DNA of 64,000 nucleotides from Clostridia bacterium (GTDB lineage: Bacteria; Bacillota; Clostridia; TANB77; CAG-508): the NCBI GenBank assembly GCA_017625465.1, contig JAGAKS010000003.1, forward strand, positions 46,722 through 110,721, given 5' to 3'. Both the position numbers and the translations under genes were made by a program. The notes beneath the pieces were generated by a model. The model was not told the origin of the DNA. It did no database searches and saw only the letters and a list, made by a program, of their open reading frames with translations. This document shows positions 10,304-19,644 of this stretch, one piece after another (the stretch's first letter is position 1; the number at the start of each line of letters is the position of its first letter).

Positions 10304-13300
10304 ATGAAATTTAATTTAGTTTACGGTAAAAGCGGAAGCGGTAAGAGTAAGTTCATATATGAAGATATAAAAAATAAGATAGGTACTGCAAGTATCTATC
10401 TTATTGTGCCTGAACAAAGTAATTTAACAGCAGAACAAAACTTATTTGCAGTAACTGGAGAAAATACTTTATTAAATGTAGAAGTTCTTACTTTAAGCAG
10501 AATGGCAACAAGAGTTATGAACGAAATTGGAGGAAATTTATATACTAGATTATCTAAAGTTGGAAAGAGTATGTTAATATATGACATATTAACAAAAGAG
10601 AAAAAAAATTTACATTTTTTAGGAAAATCAGATAAAAATATTGATGTAGTAAGTAATATGCTTACAGAGCTAAAAAAACACAATATGGATATTAATGTTA
10701 TAGCAAATACTGATTTTGATGATGAATATATGAGCCTTAAACTTAAAGATATTGACATTATATATAATGCTTACGAACAAGCTATAAATGAGAAATTTAT
10801 AGATGAAAATGATAGTATGAATATATTAAGCGAGAATTTAAAACACACAGATATGTTTAAAGATAGTTTAATATATATAGATGATTTTTTAGGCTTTACA
10901 CCACAGGAGTATTGTGTCTTTGAAGAACTTTTAAAACAATGTAAAGAAATTACAGCTACGGTTTGTATAGATAATTTAGAAGGCAAAACTAAAATGGAAA
11001 ATGATATTTTCTATTTTAATAAAAAATTTGCAAGAAAACTTTTAGAAATAGCAGAAGAGCAAAATGCAGAAATAGAAAAGATTAATTTAAAAGAATTACA
11101 TAGATTTAAAAATGATGAATTAAAATTTTTAGAAAAGACTTTATTAGGAGAAGTCAAAAAAAAATATAGTAAGCCTGTAAAAAATATTGAACTTTTTTTA
11201 ACTAATAATTCATATTCAGAAATGGAATATGTTGCAACAAAAATTATAGAATTAGTTAAGGAAAATGACCTAAGGTATAACGAAATTGGAATAGTTACTA
11301 AAAATATAGATGGTTATTTAGAAGATGCGAAAGCTGTTTTTGATAAATATGAAATCCCTTTATTTATTGATAGTAAAAAAGAATTAAATCAAAATATCTT
11401 AATAAAATATATAATAGCATTGTTAGATATTTTTTCAAAAAATTGGTCTTATGATGCAATGTTTGATTATTTAAAAATAGGTTTACATGAATTTGAAAAT
11501 GAAGATATTTATGAATTAGAAAATTATTGTAAAAAATGGGGAATAAAAGGAAGCAAATGGTATAACAGAGAATTTAATTATGAACCAATTAATGATTTGC
11601 AATCTAAGTTAGAGGCTTTAAGAATACAGATAGTAACTCCGTTATTAGAGTTTAAAAAAAGAGTTTCAGAAAACAAAACTGTATTTGAAATTACTAAACA
11701 TTTATATAGTTTTTTAATAGATAATAAAATTAATGAAATATTAGATAAAAAAATTAAAAGTTATTCTATGCTAGAAATTGCAGATGAATATAGCACTAGT
11801 TATAAGATTTTAATAAATGTATTTGATGAATTAGTTTTACTTTTTAAAGATGAAAAAATAACTTTTGATAAGTACAAAGAATTATTGCAGGTAGGTATAA
11901 AAAATAGTGAACTTGGAATACTGCCTGCTACACAAGATCAAGTAGTTTTAGGAGATACAGAGCGTTCAAGAAGTAGAAAGGTCAACGTTTTATTTGTTAT
12001 TGGAATAAATGATGGTGTCTTTCCATCAAAATCACAAGAAGAAGGTTTTTTGAATGATAAAGATAGAGAAAAACTTGCCAATAAAGGCTTTGAACTTGCA
12101 AAATCTTCTACTGAATTATTATATGAAGAACAATTTAACATTTACAGAACATTTACTCTTCCAGAAGAAAAACTGTTTTTACTATATTCTTCAAATGATA
12201 AAGATGGTAAACCATTAAGACCTTCAATATTAATTAAGAAAATTAAAATAGCTTTTCCAAACTTAATTCAAAATAGCGATATTATTGAGCAAAGTTATAA
12301 AATAACTAATGAAAAAGCTACATTTGAAGAGGCTTTGAAGGTTTATAAAGAATTTTTAAATGGAAAAGAAATATCAGAAGAATGGCAAGAGCTAATATTA
12401 TATTTTTATAAAACAAGACCAGATGAATTTAAAAGCGCTATTAGTGGTTTTGATTATAATAATTTACCTGAAATAATTTCTAAAGATAATATTACTAAAC
12501 TATATGGAAATACATTAAAAACGAGTGTATCTAGATTAGAAAGTTATAGAAAGTGTCCTTTTTCTTTTCATTTAACTTATGGACTTAAATTAAAAGAAAA
12601 TAGTGAACTTCAAATGGCTGCAGTTGATACTGGTTCTTTTATGCATGAAGTAATAGATGAATTCTTTAGAAAAATAGATGAAAATGGACAAAATTTATCA
12701 ACTATTACCGATGAAGAAATACAAAAAATAACTTTAAATATTATAGAAGAACTTCTTGGAATGTCTAAATATTATGTTTTTTCTAGTACTGCGAAGTTTA
12801 AGCTTCTTACAAGAAGATTAAAAAAAGTAGTTTTAAAAGCAATAGAATATATTGTATATTCATTAAAAAATAGTGATTTTGAAGTATTAGGTCATGAAAT
12901 AGAATTTAACAATTTGAGTAAATTTAAGCCAATTCAAATGTCTCTTTTTGAAGATAAGTCTGTTGAAATTATTGGTAAGATTGATAGGGTAGATTTAGGA
13001 AAAGTAGGAAACAAACAATATGTTAGAGTAATAGATTATAAATCTTCAGTTAAGAGCATAGATATAACACAAGTAGAGGCGGGATTACAAATACAACTTA
13101 TTACATATTTAGATGCGCTTACAGAAAATACAGAATATGAACCTAGTGGAATATTATACTTAAGCTTAATTGATAATATAGTTAAAACTGAAAAAAATGT
13201 TGATCCAGAAGAAATAGAAAGTAAAATTAGAAAAGCTTTTCAGATGAAAGGATTAGTTTTAGCTGATATTCAAGTAGCAAGAGCTATGGATAAAAATTTA

Positions 13301-13573
13301 GAAGTATCTAATACTTCGGATATTATTCCAGTTGCATTAAAACAAAATGGTGAATTTTCAGCAAAGCCAAAAACTTTGAATGAAGGAGAATTTAAAGATT
13401 TACAAAAAAATGTAAAGAAAACGATAAAACAGCTATCTTGTGAAATTATGAAAGGAAATATAGATATTAAACCATATAGTTATAACAAACATACTGGTTG
13501 CGATTATTGTAAATATAAAACAATATGCAATTTTAATACTGGTTTGAAATCTAATGAATATGATTACATTTAA
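10304..13573 (+). CDS. addB: ATP-dependent helicase/nuclease AddAB, subunit B
   Basis: The N-terminus has GKSGSGKS and LIVPEQ. The C-terminal RecB-type nuclease carries IDRVD...VIDYKSS, plus Fe-S cysteines (CPFSFH and CDYCKYKTIC). Confidence 0.9.
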   Translation: MKFNLVYGKSGSGKSKFIYEDIKNKIGTASIYLIVPEQSNLTAEQNLFAVTGENTLLNVEVLTLSRMATRVMNEIGGNLYTRLSKVGKSMLIYDILTKEKKNLHFLGKSDKNIDVVSNMLTELKKHNMDINVIANTDFDDEYMSLKLKDIDIIYNAYEQAINEKFIDENDSMNILSENLKHTDMFKDSLIYIDDFLGFTPQEYCVFEELLKQCKEITATVCIDNLEGKTKMENDIFYFNKKFARKLLEIAEEQNAEIEKINLKELHRFKNDELKFLEKTLLGEVKKKYSKPVKNIELFLTNNSYSEMEYVATKIIELVKENDLRYNEIGIVTKNIDGYLEDAKAVFDKYEIPLFIDSKKELNQNILIKYIIALLDIFSKNWSYDAMFDYLKIGLHEFENEDIYELENYCKKWGIKGSKWYNREFNYEPINDLQSKLEALRIQIVTPLLEFKKRVSENKTVFEITKHLYSFLIDNKINEILDKKIKSYSMLEIADEYSTSYKILINVFDELVLLFKDEKITFDKYKELLQVGIKNSELGILPATQDQVVLGDTERSRSRKVNVLFVIGINDGVFPSKSQEEGFLNDKDREKLANKGFELAKSSTELLYEEQFNIYRTFTLPEEKLFLLYSSNDKDGKPLRPSILIKKIKIAFPNLIQNSDIIEQSYKITNEKATFEEALKVYKEFLNGKEISEEWQELILYFYKTRPDEFKSAISGFDYNNLPEIISKDNITKLYGNTLKTSVSRLESYRKCPFSFHLTYGLKLKENSELQMAAVDTGSFMHEVIDEFFRKIDENGQNLSTITDEEIQKITLNIIEELLGMSKYYVFSSTAKFKLLTRRLKKVVLKAIEYIVYSLKNSDFEVLGHEIEFNNLSKFKPIQMSLFEDKSVEIIGKIDRVDLGKVGNKQYVRVIDYKSSVKSIDITQVEAGLQIQLITYLDALTENTEYEPSGILYLSLIDNIVKTEKNVDPEEIESKIRKAFQMKGLVLADIQVARAMDKNLEVSNTSDIIPVALKQNGEFSAKPKTLNEGEFKDLQKNVKKTIKQLSCEIMKGNIDIKPYSYNKHTGCDYCKYKTICNFNTGLKSNEYDYI

Positions 13574-13584
13574 GGAGAGTAAAT

Positions 13585-14676
13585 ATGAGAAGTACTGTGA
13601 TGCAGATTGATTTAGATGCTTTTAAGCACAATATGCAGGAAATTCAAAAATATGTTGGAGAAAATATAACACTTATGCCAGTTATAAAGGCTAATGCTTA
13701 TGGAACTTATATAAATACCAAATTAGAAGCCATAAAGAATTATAAAATAGTAGCAGTGGCAATTGCAGATGAAGCAACCTATCTTAGAAATATTGGTTAT
13801 ACAGGAGAGATTCTTATATTAAACCAACCAGATGTAAATGATATAGAAGTTGCTACGAAACAAAACGTTTCTTTAGGTCTCAGCAACCTAGAATGCTTAA
13901 ACACTTTGATTTCAAAAGAAAATGAGGTAAATGTACATCTGGAACTAGAAACAGGAATGGGACGAACAGGAATAAAAATTCAAGACTTAGAAACGTTTTG
14001 TTTCTTAATTAGTAAAAATCCCTTTATCAAAGTACAAGGTGTTTATACTCATTTTGCTGTTGCAGATACAGATGAAGCATATACTAACTTGCAAATAGAA
14101 AAATTTAATGAAGGTTTAAAAATAATTCAAAAATATTTTAAAGATATAAAATATATTCATCATAGTGCTTCTAATGGAATTTTAAACTTTAAAAATTCTA
14201 AATGTAATACAGTAAGACCGGGTATAATAATGTATGGGTATGAATCTTATGATGGAGTTTATAAAAAACTTGATTTAAAACCAGTAGCAAAATTAAAGTC
14301 TAGAATTAATTTTGTTAAGATTTTAGAAAAAGATGAAAGTGTAAGTTATGGTAGACTATTTATAGCTGATAAAACAACTAAAGTAGCAACCGTTCCAATT
14401 GGCTATGCTGATGGCATAAGAAGAAGTATGACAGGTGCCAAAGTTTATGTAAAGGGACAAAAAGCAGAAATTATTGGCAGAGTTTGTATGGATAGTTTTA
14501 TGATTGACGTAACTAATATTGAAGATATACAAGTTGGAGATGAAGTATATATATGGGATAATGAAAATATTACTTTAGACGAAGTGGCAAAAAAATGCGA
14601 TACCATAAATTATGAAATTCTATCATGTATTTCAAATAGAGTACCAAGAGTGTTTGAAGGAGGTTTAGATGTTTAA
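13585..14676 (+). CDS. alr: Alanine racemase
   Basis: VIKANAYGT marks the PLP lysine. VSYG and VCMD motifs are present. The product is 363 aa. Confidence 0.93.
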   Translation: MRSTVMQIDLDAFKHNMQEIQKYVGENITLMPVIKANAYGTYINTKLEAIKNYKIVAVAIADEATYLRNIGYTGEILILNQPDVNDIEVATKQNVSLGLSNLECLNTLISKENEVNVHLELETGMGRTGIKIQDLETFCFLISKNPFIKVQGVYTHFAVADTDEAYTNLQIEKFNEGLKIIQKYFKDIKYIHHSASNGILNFKNSKCNTVRPGIIMYGYESYDGVYKKLDLKPVAKLKSRINFVKILEKDESVSYGRLFIADKTTKVATVPIGYADGIRRSMTGAKVYVKGQKAEIIGRVCMDSFMIDVTNIEDIQVGDEVYIWDNENITLDEVAKKCDTINYEILSCISNRVPRVFEGGLDV

Positions 14677-15454
14677 AGAAGAGGAAGTAGTTTATGTTGA
14701 AAAAAATGGTATAAGTTATATGCAGTTTAAAAGATTATTAAAGTATGGAATAAAACATGCATATACATTTAAAGGAGATGGAATAGATTTTTCTTTTAAT
14801 CAAGATAAAAATAAAACAAGTTATGAAGCGTTGTGTAATGCTTTAGAAATAGATTTTAATAATGTTGTTCAACCAGTACAAACACATACAGATATAGTAA
14901 AATGTATAGATAAGATAGAATCCACAGAAAGTTTGCAAGATGTGGATGGATTAATTACAAATAAAAAGAATATTGCGTTGACAACAAAAAATGCTGATTG
15001 TATATTATTTTTGTTTTATGATCCAGTAAAAAAAGTAATTGCAAATGTGCATTCCGGTTGGAGAGGAACATTTCAAAAAATAGCTGAAAAGGCAGTTATA
15101 AAAATGATAAATTATTATGGTTGTAAAGCAGAAGATATTTTATGCTTTATATGTCCAAGCATTAGAAAATGTCATTTTGAAGTAGAAACAGATGTTAAAG
15201 AACTTTGTGAAGAAATATTTAAGTTTACTAATAGAACAGAAGAGTTTATTGAAGTAGGTGAAATTATAGATGGTGAGCAAAAGTATAATATTGATACTGT
15301 ATTAATTAATAAAATTTTACTTACAGAAATTGGAATAAAAGAAAAAAATATTATAGATTGTAATATATGTAGTGTTTGTAATAAAGATAAAGTTGAATCA
15401 GTAAGAGTAGATGGCAGTAATGCAGGAAGAGCCACAGCTATTATAATGTTATAG
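14669..15454 (+). CDS. pgeF: Purine nucleoside phosphorylase / laccase-domain protein YfiH (PgeF)
   Basis: It contains the TADC, HSGWRG and CPSIRKCHFEV motifs typical of the DUF152/YfiH family. Confidence 0.85.
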   Translation: MFKEEEVVYVEKNGISYMQFKRLLKYGIKHAYTFKGDGIDFSFNQDKNKTSYEALCNALEIDFNNVVQPVQTHTDIVKCIDKIESTESLQDVDGLITNKKNIALTTKNADCILFLFYDPVKKVIANVHSGWRGTFQKIAEKAVIKMINYYGCKAEDILCFICPSIRKCHFEVETDVKELCEEIFKFTNRTEEFIEVGEIIDGEQKYNIDTVLINKILLTEIGIKEKNIIDCNICSVCNKDKVESVRVDGSNAGRATAIIML

Positions 15455-15463
15455 GAGATGCTT

Positions 15464-16015
15464 ATGTATGAAACATTAGAAGAAATAGAATATGTAGTAA
15501 AACAATGTAATAAATGTAAGTTATGCAAAAATAGAACAAATACAGTTTTTGGTGTTGGAAATCCTAATGCAAAAATTATGTTTATAGGTGAAGGACCAGG
15601 AGCAGATGAAGATTTACAAGGAGAACCTTTTGTTGGAAAGGCCGGCAAACTTATGAATGAAGCTTTTAAGGGATTAGGAATAAAAAGAGAAGAAGTATAT
15701 ATTGCAAATATTGTAAAATGCAGACCACCGAATAATAGAAACCCAGAAAAAGATGAAGCTATTGCTTGTATGGATTATTTAAGAAATCAAGTTATGCTTA
15801 TAAAACCAGAAATAATTGTTTTACTTGGCAGTGTTGCTTTAAAAAACATATTGGGCGAAGAATATGGAATTACCAAAAGTAGAGGAAAATGGATAATAAA
15901 AAAAGATATAAAATATATGCCAACTTTTCACCCAGCAGCACTTTTAAGAGATGAAAGTAAAAAAATATATTTTTGGAATGATTTAAAATTAGTACTAGAA
16001 GAATTAAACAAATAA
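15464..16015 (+). CDS. Uracil-DNA glycosylase, family 4
   Basis: GEGPGADEDLQGEPFVGKAGKLM and FHPAALLR motifs are present, plus an N-terminal Cys cluster (CNKCKLC). I prefer the ATG at 15464 over 15458 because of SD spacing. Confidence 0.88.
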   Translation: MYETLEEIEYVVKQCNKCKLCKNRTNTVFGVGNPNAKIMFIGEGPGADEDLQGEPFVGKAGKLMNEAFKGLGIKREEVYIANIVKCRPPNNRNPEKDEAIACMDYLRNQVMLIKPEIIVLLGSVALKNILGEEYGITKSRGKWIIKKDIKYMPTFHPAALLRDESKKIYFWNDLKLVLEELNK

Positions 16016-16016
16016 T

Positions 16017-16045
16017 AAAACCTCCTAAAAATAAAGGAGGTTTTA
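16017..16045. terminator. Bidirectional terminator between convergent genes
   Basis: Stem aaacctcct, loop aaaaataa, stem aggaggttt, with T/A runs on both sides. Confidence 0.7.
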
Positions 16046-17176
16046 ATTTATGTTTTTTATTCGTATCTTTTCTTCGAATAATAATTTAAGTTTGCTAAAG
16101 AGCTTTTTAAAGAATTCAATGCCGTAGGTGGGATTTTCGAAAAGCACTAAATCTTTATTTGATTCTTCAAAAAAGGTAAGTACACCATATTTTTTCACCA
16201 ATTCGCGCTTTTCTTCAAGTTTGTTCATCATATCACGATAGAATTCATTATAGTAATTATATCCTTCGGTATCAATAAGTAAATCTTTAAAATTATATAA
16301 ATGAGCTTGAAAAGCATTTAAACTATCTTGATCTTTAATATAATCAAATTCTTTATTAAAACAGTTGTATATAATTGTGTTTTGTATTTCTAAAGTGAGT
16401 TTTAAAATTATTGATTTCAATGCTTCTATTCTATTAGATAAATTCTTTATCTTATTTAAAGATGCATTGTTTTCAGAACAAAAATCTAAATTGTTAATAG
16501 AGACAACTAATTCCTCTTGGTATTGCATAAGTAAATCTAGATTTGCTTCAATTATACTATAAGTTTTTGTATTCGATTTTGCAATAAAAGTATTTTTAAA
16601 GACATCATTACTATGTAAAACACTATGGAATAAAGGATATGTTCCAGTAAAATATGCAAGTTGTCTAATAATTGCTGTTTCTATTGGATAATAGTCAGGA
16701 CTTTCAGTTGTTAAATTCATATTGTAATATCTAACTGTATCTGTTTCAGATTTATTAGCTTTTGAAGCCATATACTGAACTGCAGCTTCGTTTAAAGCCA
16801 TTCCAGAGGATTTACCTTGAAGATTGTATAATCCCATTTTGGTAAGTTTTCCACGTTTATCTTTTACTCCTTGCAAAAAGTGAATACATTCATGAATTGC
16901 AAGTGTATTCAAATCTTCTAAATCCATATCTTTATTAAAGTATATAGAATTATTTTTATAAAAGTATTTAGCAACAGCCATATCTTTTGGCATTTTTGCA
17001 ATATACATATTTAATCTAGATATAGCAATAAATAAATCACTTTGATTTAAATTATGCTCAGGAAATGCAGAGCATAATTTTTCTGCAATTTTTGATGCTA
17101 TTTTATTTATTTCAAGTGTGCTAAGGGGATTGACAATTTCAATTCCTTCGCGCTTAAGTGTAGAATTTATGCCCAT
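16043..17176 (-). CDS. Hypothetical protein with HExxH zinc-metallopeptidase-like motif
   Basis: The 377 aa product has LAIHECIHFLQG (HExxH), followed about 30 aa later by ALNEAAVQY, a possible third-ligand Glu. I see no signal peptide. Confidence 0.5.
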   Translation of the reverse strand: MGINSTLKREGIEIVNPLSTLEINKIASKIAEKLCSAFPEHNLNQSDLFIAISRLNMYIAKMPKDMAVAKYFYKNNSIYFNKDMDLEDLNTLAIHECIHFLQGVKDKRGKLTKMGLYNLQGKSSGMALNEAAVQYMASKANKSETDTVRYYNMNLTTESPDYYPIETAIIRQLAYFTGTYPLFHSVLHSNDVFKNTFIAKSNTKTYSIIEANLDLLMQYQEELVVSINNLDFCSENNASLNKIKNLSNRIEALKSIILKLTLEIQNTIIYNCFNKEFDYIKDQDSLNAFQAHLYNFKDLLIDTEGYNYYNEFYRDMMNKLEEKRELVKKYGVLTFFEESNKDLVLFENPTYGIEFFKKLFSKLKLLFEEKIRIKNIN

Positions 17177-17252
17177 AAAAACTCCTTAAATCTTTTGTAT
17201 AATAATATTATACCTCAAAACTGGAAAATATAAATATCAACTACATAAAAAG

Positions 17253-17286
17253 TTTGTTACATTTGCGTAACATAAAATGTAACAAA
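17253..17286. promoter_or_regulatory. Perfect 12-bp inverted repeat (candidate operator) in a divergent intergenic region
   Basis: tttgttacattt (17253-17264), 10 nt spacer, aaatgtaacaaa (17275-17286). Confidence 0.4.
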
Positions 17287-17384
17287 AACTTAATAAGAGT
17301 AATATTGAAAGCCTACATTCTTAATGTTATAATAAAAATATGATATTATGAAATAATTATAATAAAAAGGAAAGAGAGCGGCTG

Positions 17385-19565
17385 ATGAAGAAGTTCAAAT
17401 TTAATAAACAAACAATCAAAATATTAAGTATAGGCACAGCATTAGTAGGTGTTATGTTTATGAATTCTTTTAGCTTCGCTAATACAGAGAATACTCTTGA
17501 AACACTACATACACAAGATTTTGTAGAATGGCAACAACTAAGCGAAGAAGAAAAAGAGAATACTTTGATGCCAAAAATGTATACAACAGTAGTAGAAGAT
17601 GATGTACTTGAAGAATATAACCAAAAATATTTTAGTTATAGAATGCAAATTCTTACTAGAAAAATTTCACAAAAATTATATTCAGCAATGACTAAATCTG
17701 CAACATATAATTCACCTGAATATAATTTAAATTCAAATATTAAAGTGCAAGTAAAACATCAAGGTTCTACTAATGAATGCTGGGCATTTTCAACAGTATC
17801 AATGTTAGAAACTAACCTAGCATTAACAAAAAATGTAAATAAAACTTTTTCTCCAAGACATATGGATTATTCTACTGCTAAAACTTTTACAGATGGAATA
17901 AATCCTTATGGATATAATAGAGAGGTAGGAGTTGGAGGATTAGCACCTTTTGGGTTGGCCTATTTAACAAATGGTAAAGGTGCAGTTCTTGAAGCTGATA
18001 TGCCTTTCGAAGACAACGAAGAAAAAATTTCATTAAAAGAATTAGATAAGAAAGTGGATACTATTGTTACAGATTATGTATCCTTACCAACGTTAAAGAA
18101 AGAATATGCTGAAGATGGAACTGTTACATATACAAATGGTGGTACAGGACCAAATAGAAAAGTTTATAGTACAGAAGAAGTTACTCAAATTAGAAATATG
18201 ATAAAAAATCATATTGTAAAATATGGTGCTGTATCATCTGTAACTGCGGGAAATCAACAAAAATTTTATAGTGATTCAGAAAATCCTTGGAAAGCTAAAG
18301 CTTATTTCTGTAATACGAATGAATATGTTAGAGACCATGCAGTTACTATTGTAGGTTGGAACGACACATACTCAAAGGATAATTTTACAGGTTCTGCTAA
18401 ACCAAAAAATGATGGTGCATATATTTGTTTAAACACTTATGGTGATAATGCTTTTGATAAAGGTTATTTATATATTTCTTATGAAGATGCTTTAATAGAA
18501 AGTTTGTTATACGGAATTAATGCAACTTCAAATGTTGATTATGATGAATTATATCAATATAATCCAATGGGAGATAATACAGCTATTGGGTTAAGTACTA
18601 CTAATACAGGTTATATAGCTAGCACTTATGCTAGGGACAACACAAAAGAAGAGAGTTTAACTTATGTAGGAGTTTCAGTACCGGATGATATGTCTTTAGA
18701 GATATATGTTAATCCAAATGGAAATGGTACTACATTAGACAAACTTACTAAAGTAGCTACAACAGAAGTATTAGACCCAGGATATCATAGAATAAAAGTG
18801 GATAAAACAAAACTAGGAGGAAGCAATTTTGCAATAGTAGTAAAAGAGAAATCAGTTGCTGATAGATTTTATTTTTCAATAGAAGCTTCAGTTCCAAATT
18901 CTCTATATTCAACAATAAAAGGAAACCCTGGTAAAAACTTTTATTCATTAGATGGTTATACATGGAATGATTTGTCAACAGAATCTATAGCAGGTTTCGA
19001 TATGAAAAATACCGATCTTTGTATAAAAGCTTTTACAGATGTAGTTGAAGAAGAACAAGAGAAACCAGAAGAACCAACTCCTACACCACCAAAAGAAGAA
19101 GAAAAAGATCCTACTAAACCAGATGATGAGGAAAAAGAACCAGAAAAACCAGTTGAAGAAAAAATTACAATATCTACAAAAGAATATTTAATAAAAGATA
19201 AATATATTTATAAAGTAGCACATTTAACAAAATTTAAAGATTTAAAATCAAAATTTACAACTAATTCAAAAACAATAACTGTAAAAAATAGTAAAGGCGA
19301 AACAATAAAAGATACTGATTATATAAAAACAGGAATGAAATTAACTTTATCTGATGGAGCAGAATATACAATTATTGTTAGAGGAGATGTAGATGGTTGT
19401 GGCAATGTAAGCCTTTTAGACTTTTCAAAATTTATTGCACATTATGGATATGGAAAAGAATATACATTAAAAGGTGATGCTTTAAAAGCTGCAGATATGA
19501 ATTGTGATATGAAAATTGATTTAACAGATGTTTCTCAAATGGTTGATTTATATATGAATACATAA
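17385..19565 (+). CDS. Secreted papain-family (C1) cysteine peptidase with C-terminal dockerin module
   Basis: It has a signal peptide. QGSTNECWAFS is the catalytic Cys motif and DHAVTIVGWND the His motif. A P/E/K-rich linker leads to two dockerin-like Ca-loop repeats, GDVDGCGNVSLLDFSKFIAHY and ADMNCDMKIDLTDVSQMVDLY. Confidence 0.8.
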   Translation: MKKFKFNKQTIKILSIGTALVGVMFMNSFSFANTENTLETLHTQDFVEWQQLSEEEKENTLMPKMYTTVVEDDVLEEYNQKYFSYRMQILTRKISQKLYSAMTKSATYNSPEYNLNSNIKVQVKHQGSTNECWAFSTVSMLETNLALTKNVNKTFSPRHMDYSTAKTFTDGINPYGYNREVGVGGLAPFGLAYLTNGKGAVLEADMPFEDNEEKISLKELDKKVDTIVTDYVSLPTLKKEYAEDGTVTYTNGGTGPNRKVYSTEEVTQIRNMIKNHIVKYGAVSSVTAGNQQKFYSDSENPWKAKAYFCNTNEYVRDHAVTIVGWNDTYSKDNFTGSAKPKNDGAYICLNTYGDNAFDKGYLYISYEDALIESLLYGINATSNVDYDELYQYNPMGDNTAIGLSTTNTGYIASTYARDNTKEESLTYVGVSVPDDMSLEIYVNPNGNGTTLDKLTKVATTEVLDPGYHRIKVDKTKLGGSNFAIVVKEKSVADRFYFSIEASVPNSLYSTIKGNPGKNFYSLDGYTWNDLSTESIAGFDMKNTDLCIKAFTDVVEEEQEKPEEPTPTPPKEEEKDPTKPDDEEKEPEKPVEEKITISTKEYLIKDKYIYKVAHLTKFKDLKSKFTTNSKTITVKNSKGETIKDTDYIKTGMKLTLSDGAEYTIIVRGDVDGCGNVSLLDFSKFIAHYGYGKEYTLKGDALKAADMNCDMKIDLTDVSQMVDLYMNT

Positions 19566-19591
19566 TTTACATAAATGTTACATAAAAATAC

Positions 19592-19620
19592 TTGATTTTT
19601 ATAAACAAAAGCGGTATACT
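19592..19620 (+). promoter_or_regulatory. Sigma-A type promoter for the cohesin-like gene
   Basis: TTGATT, 17 nt spacer, TATACT. Confidence 0.45.
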
Positions 19621-19644
19621 ATAAAAGAGAAGGAGATTTTTAAG

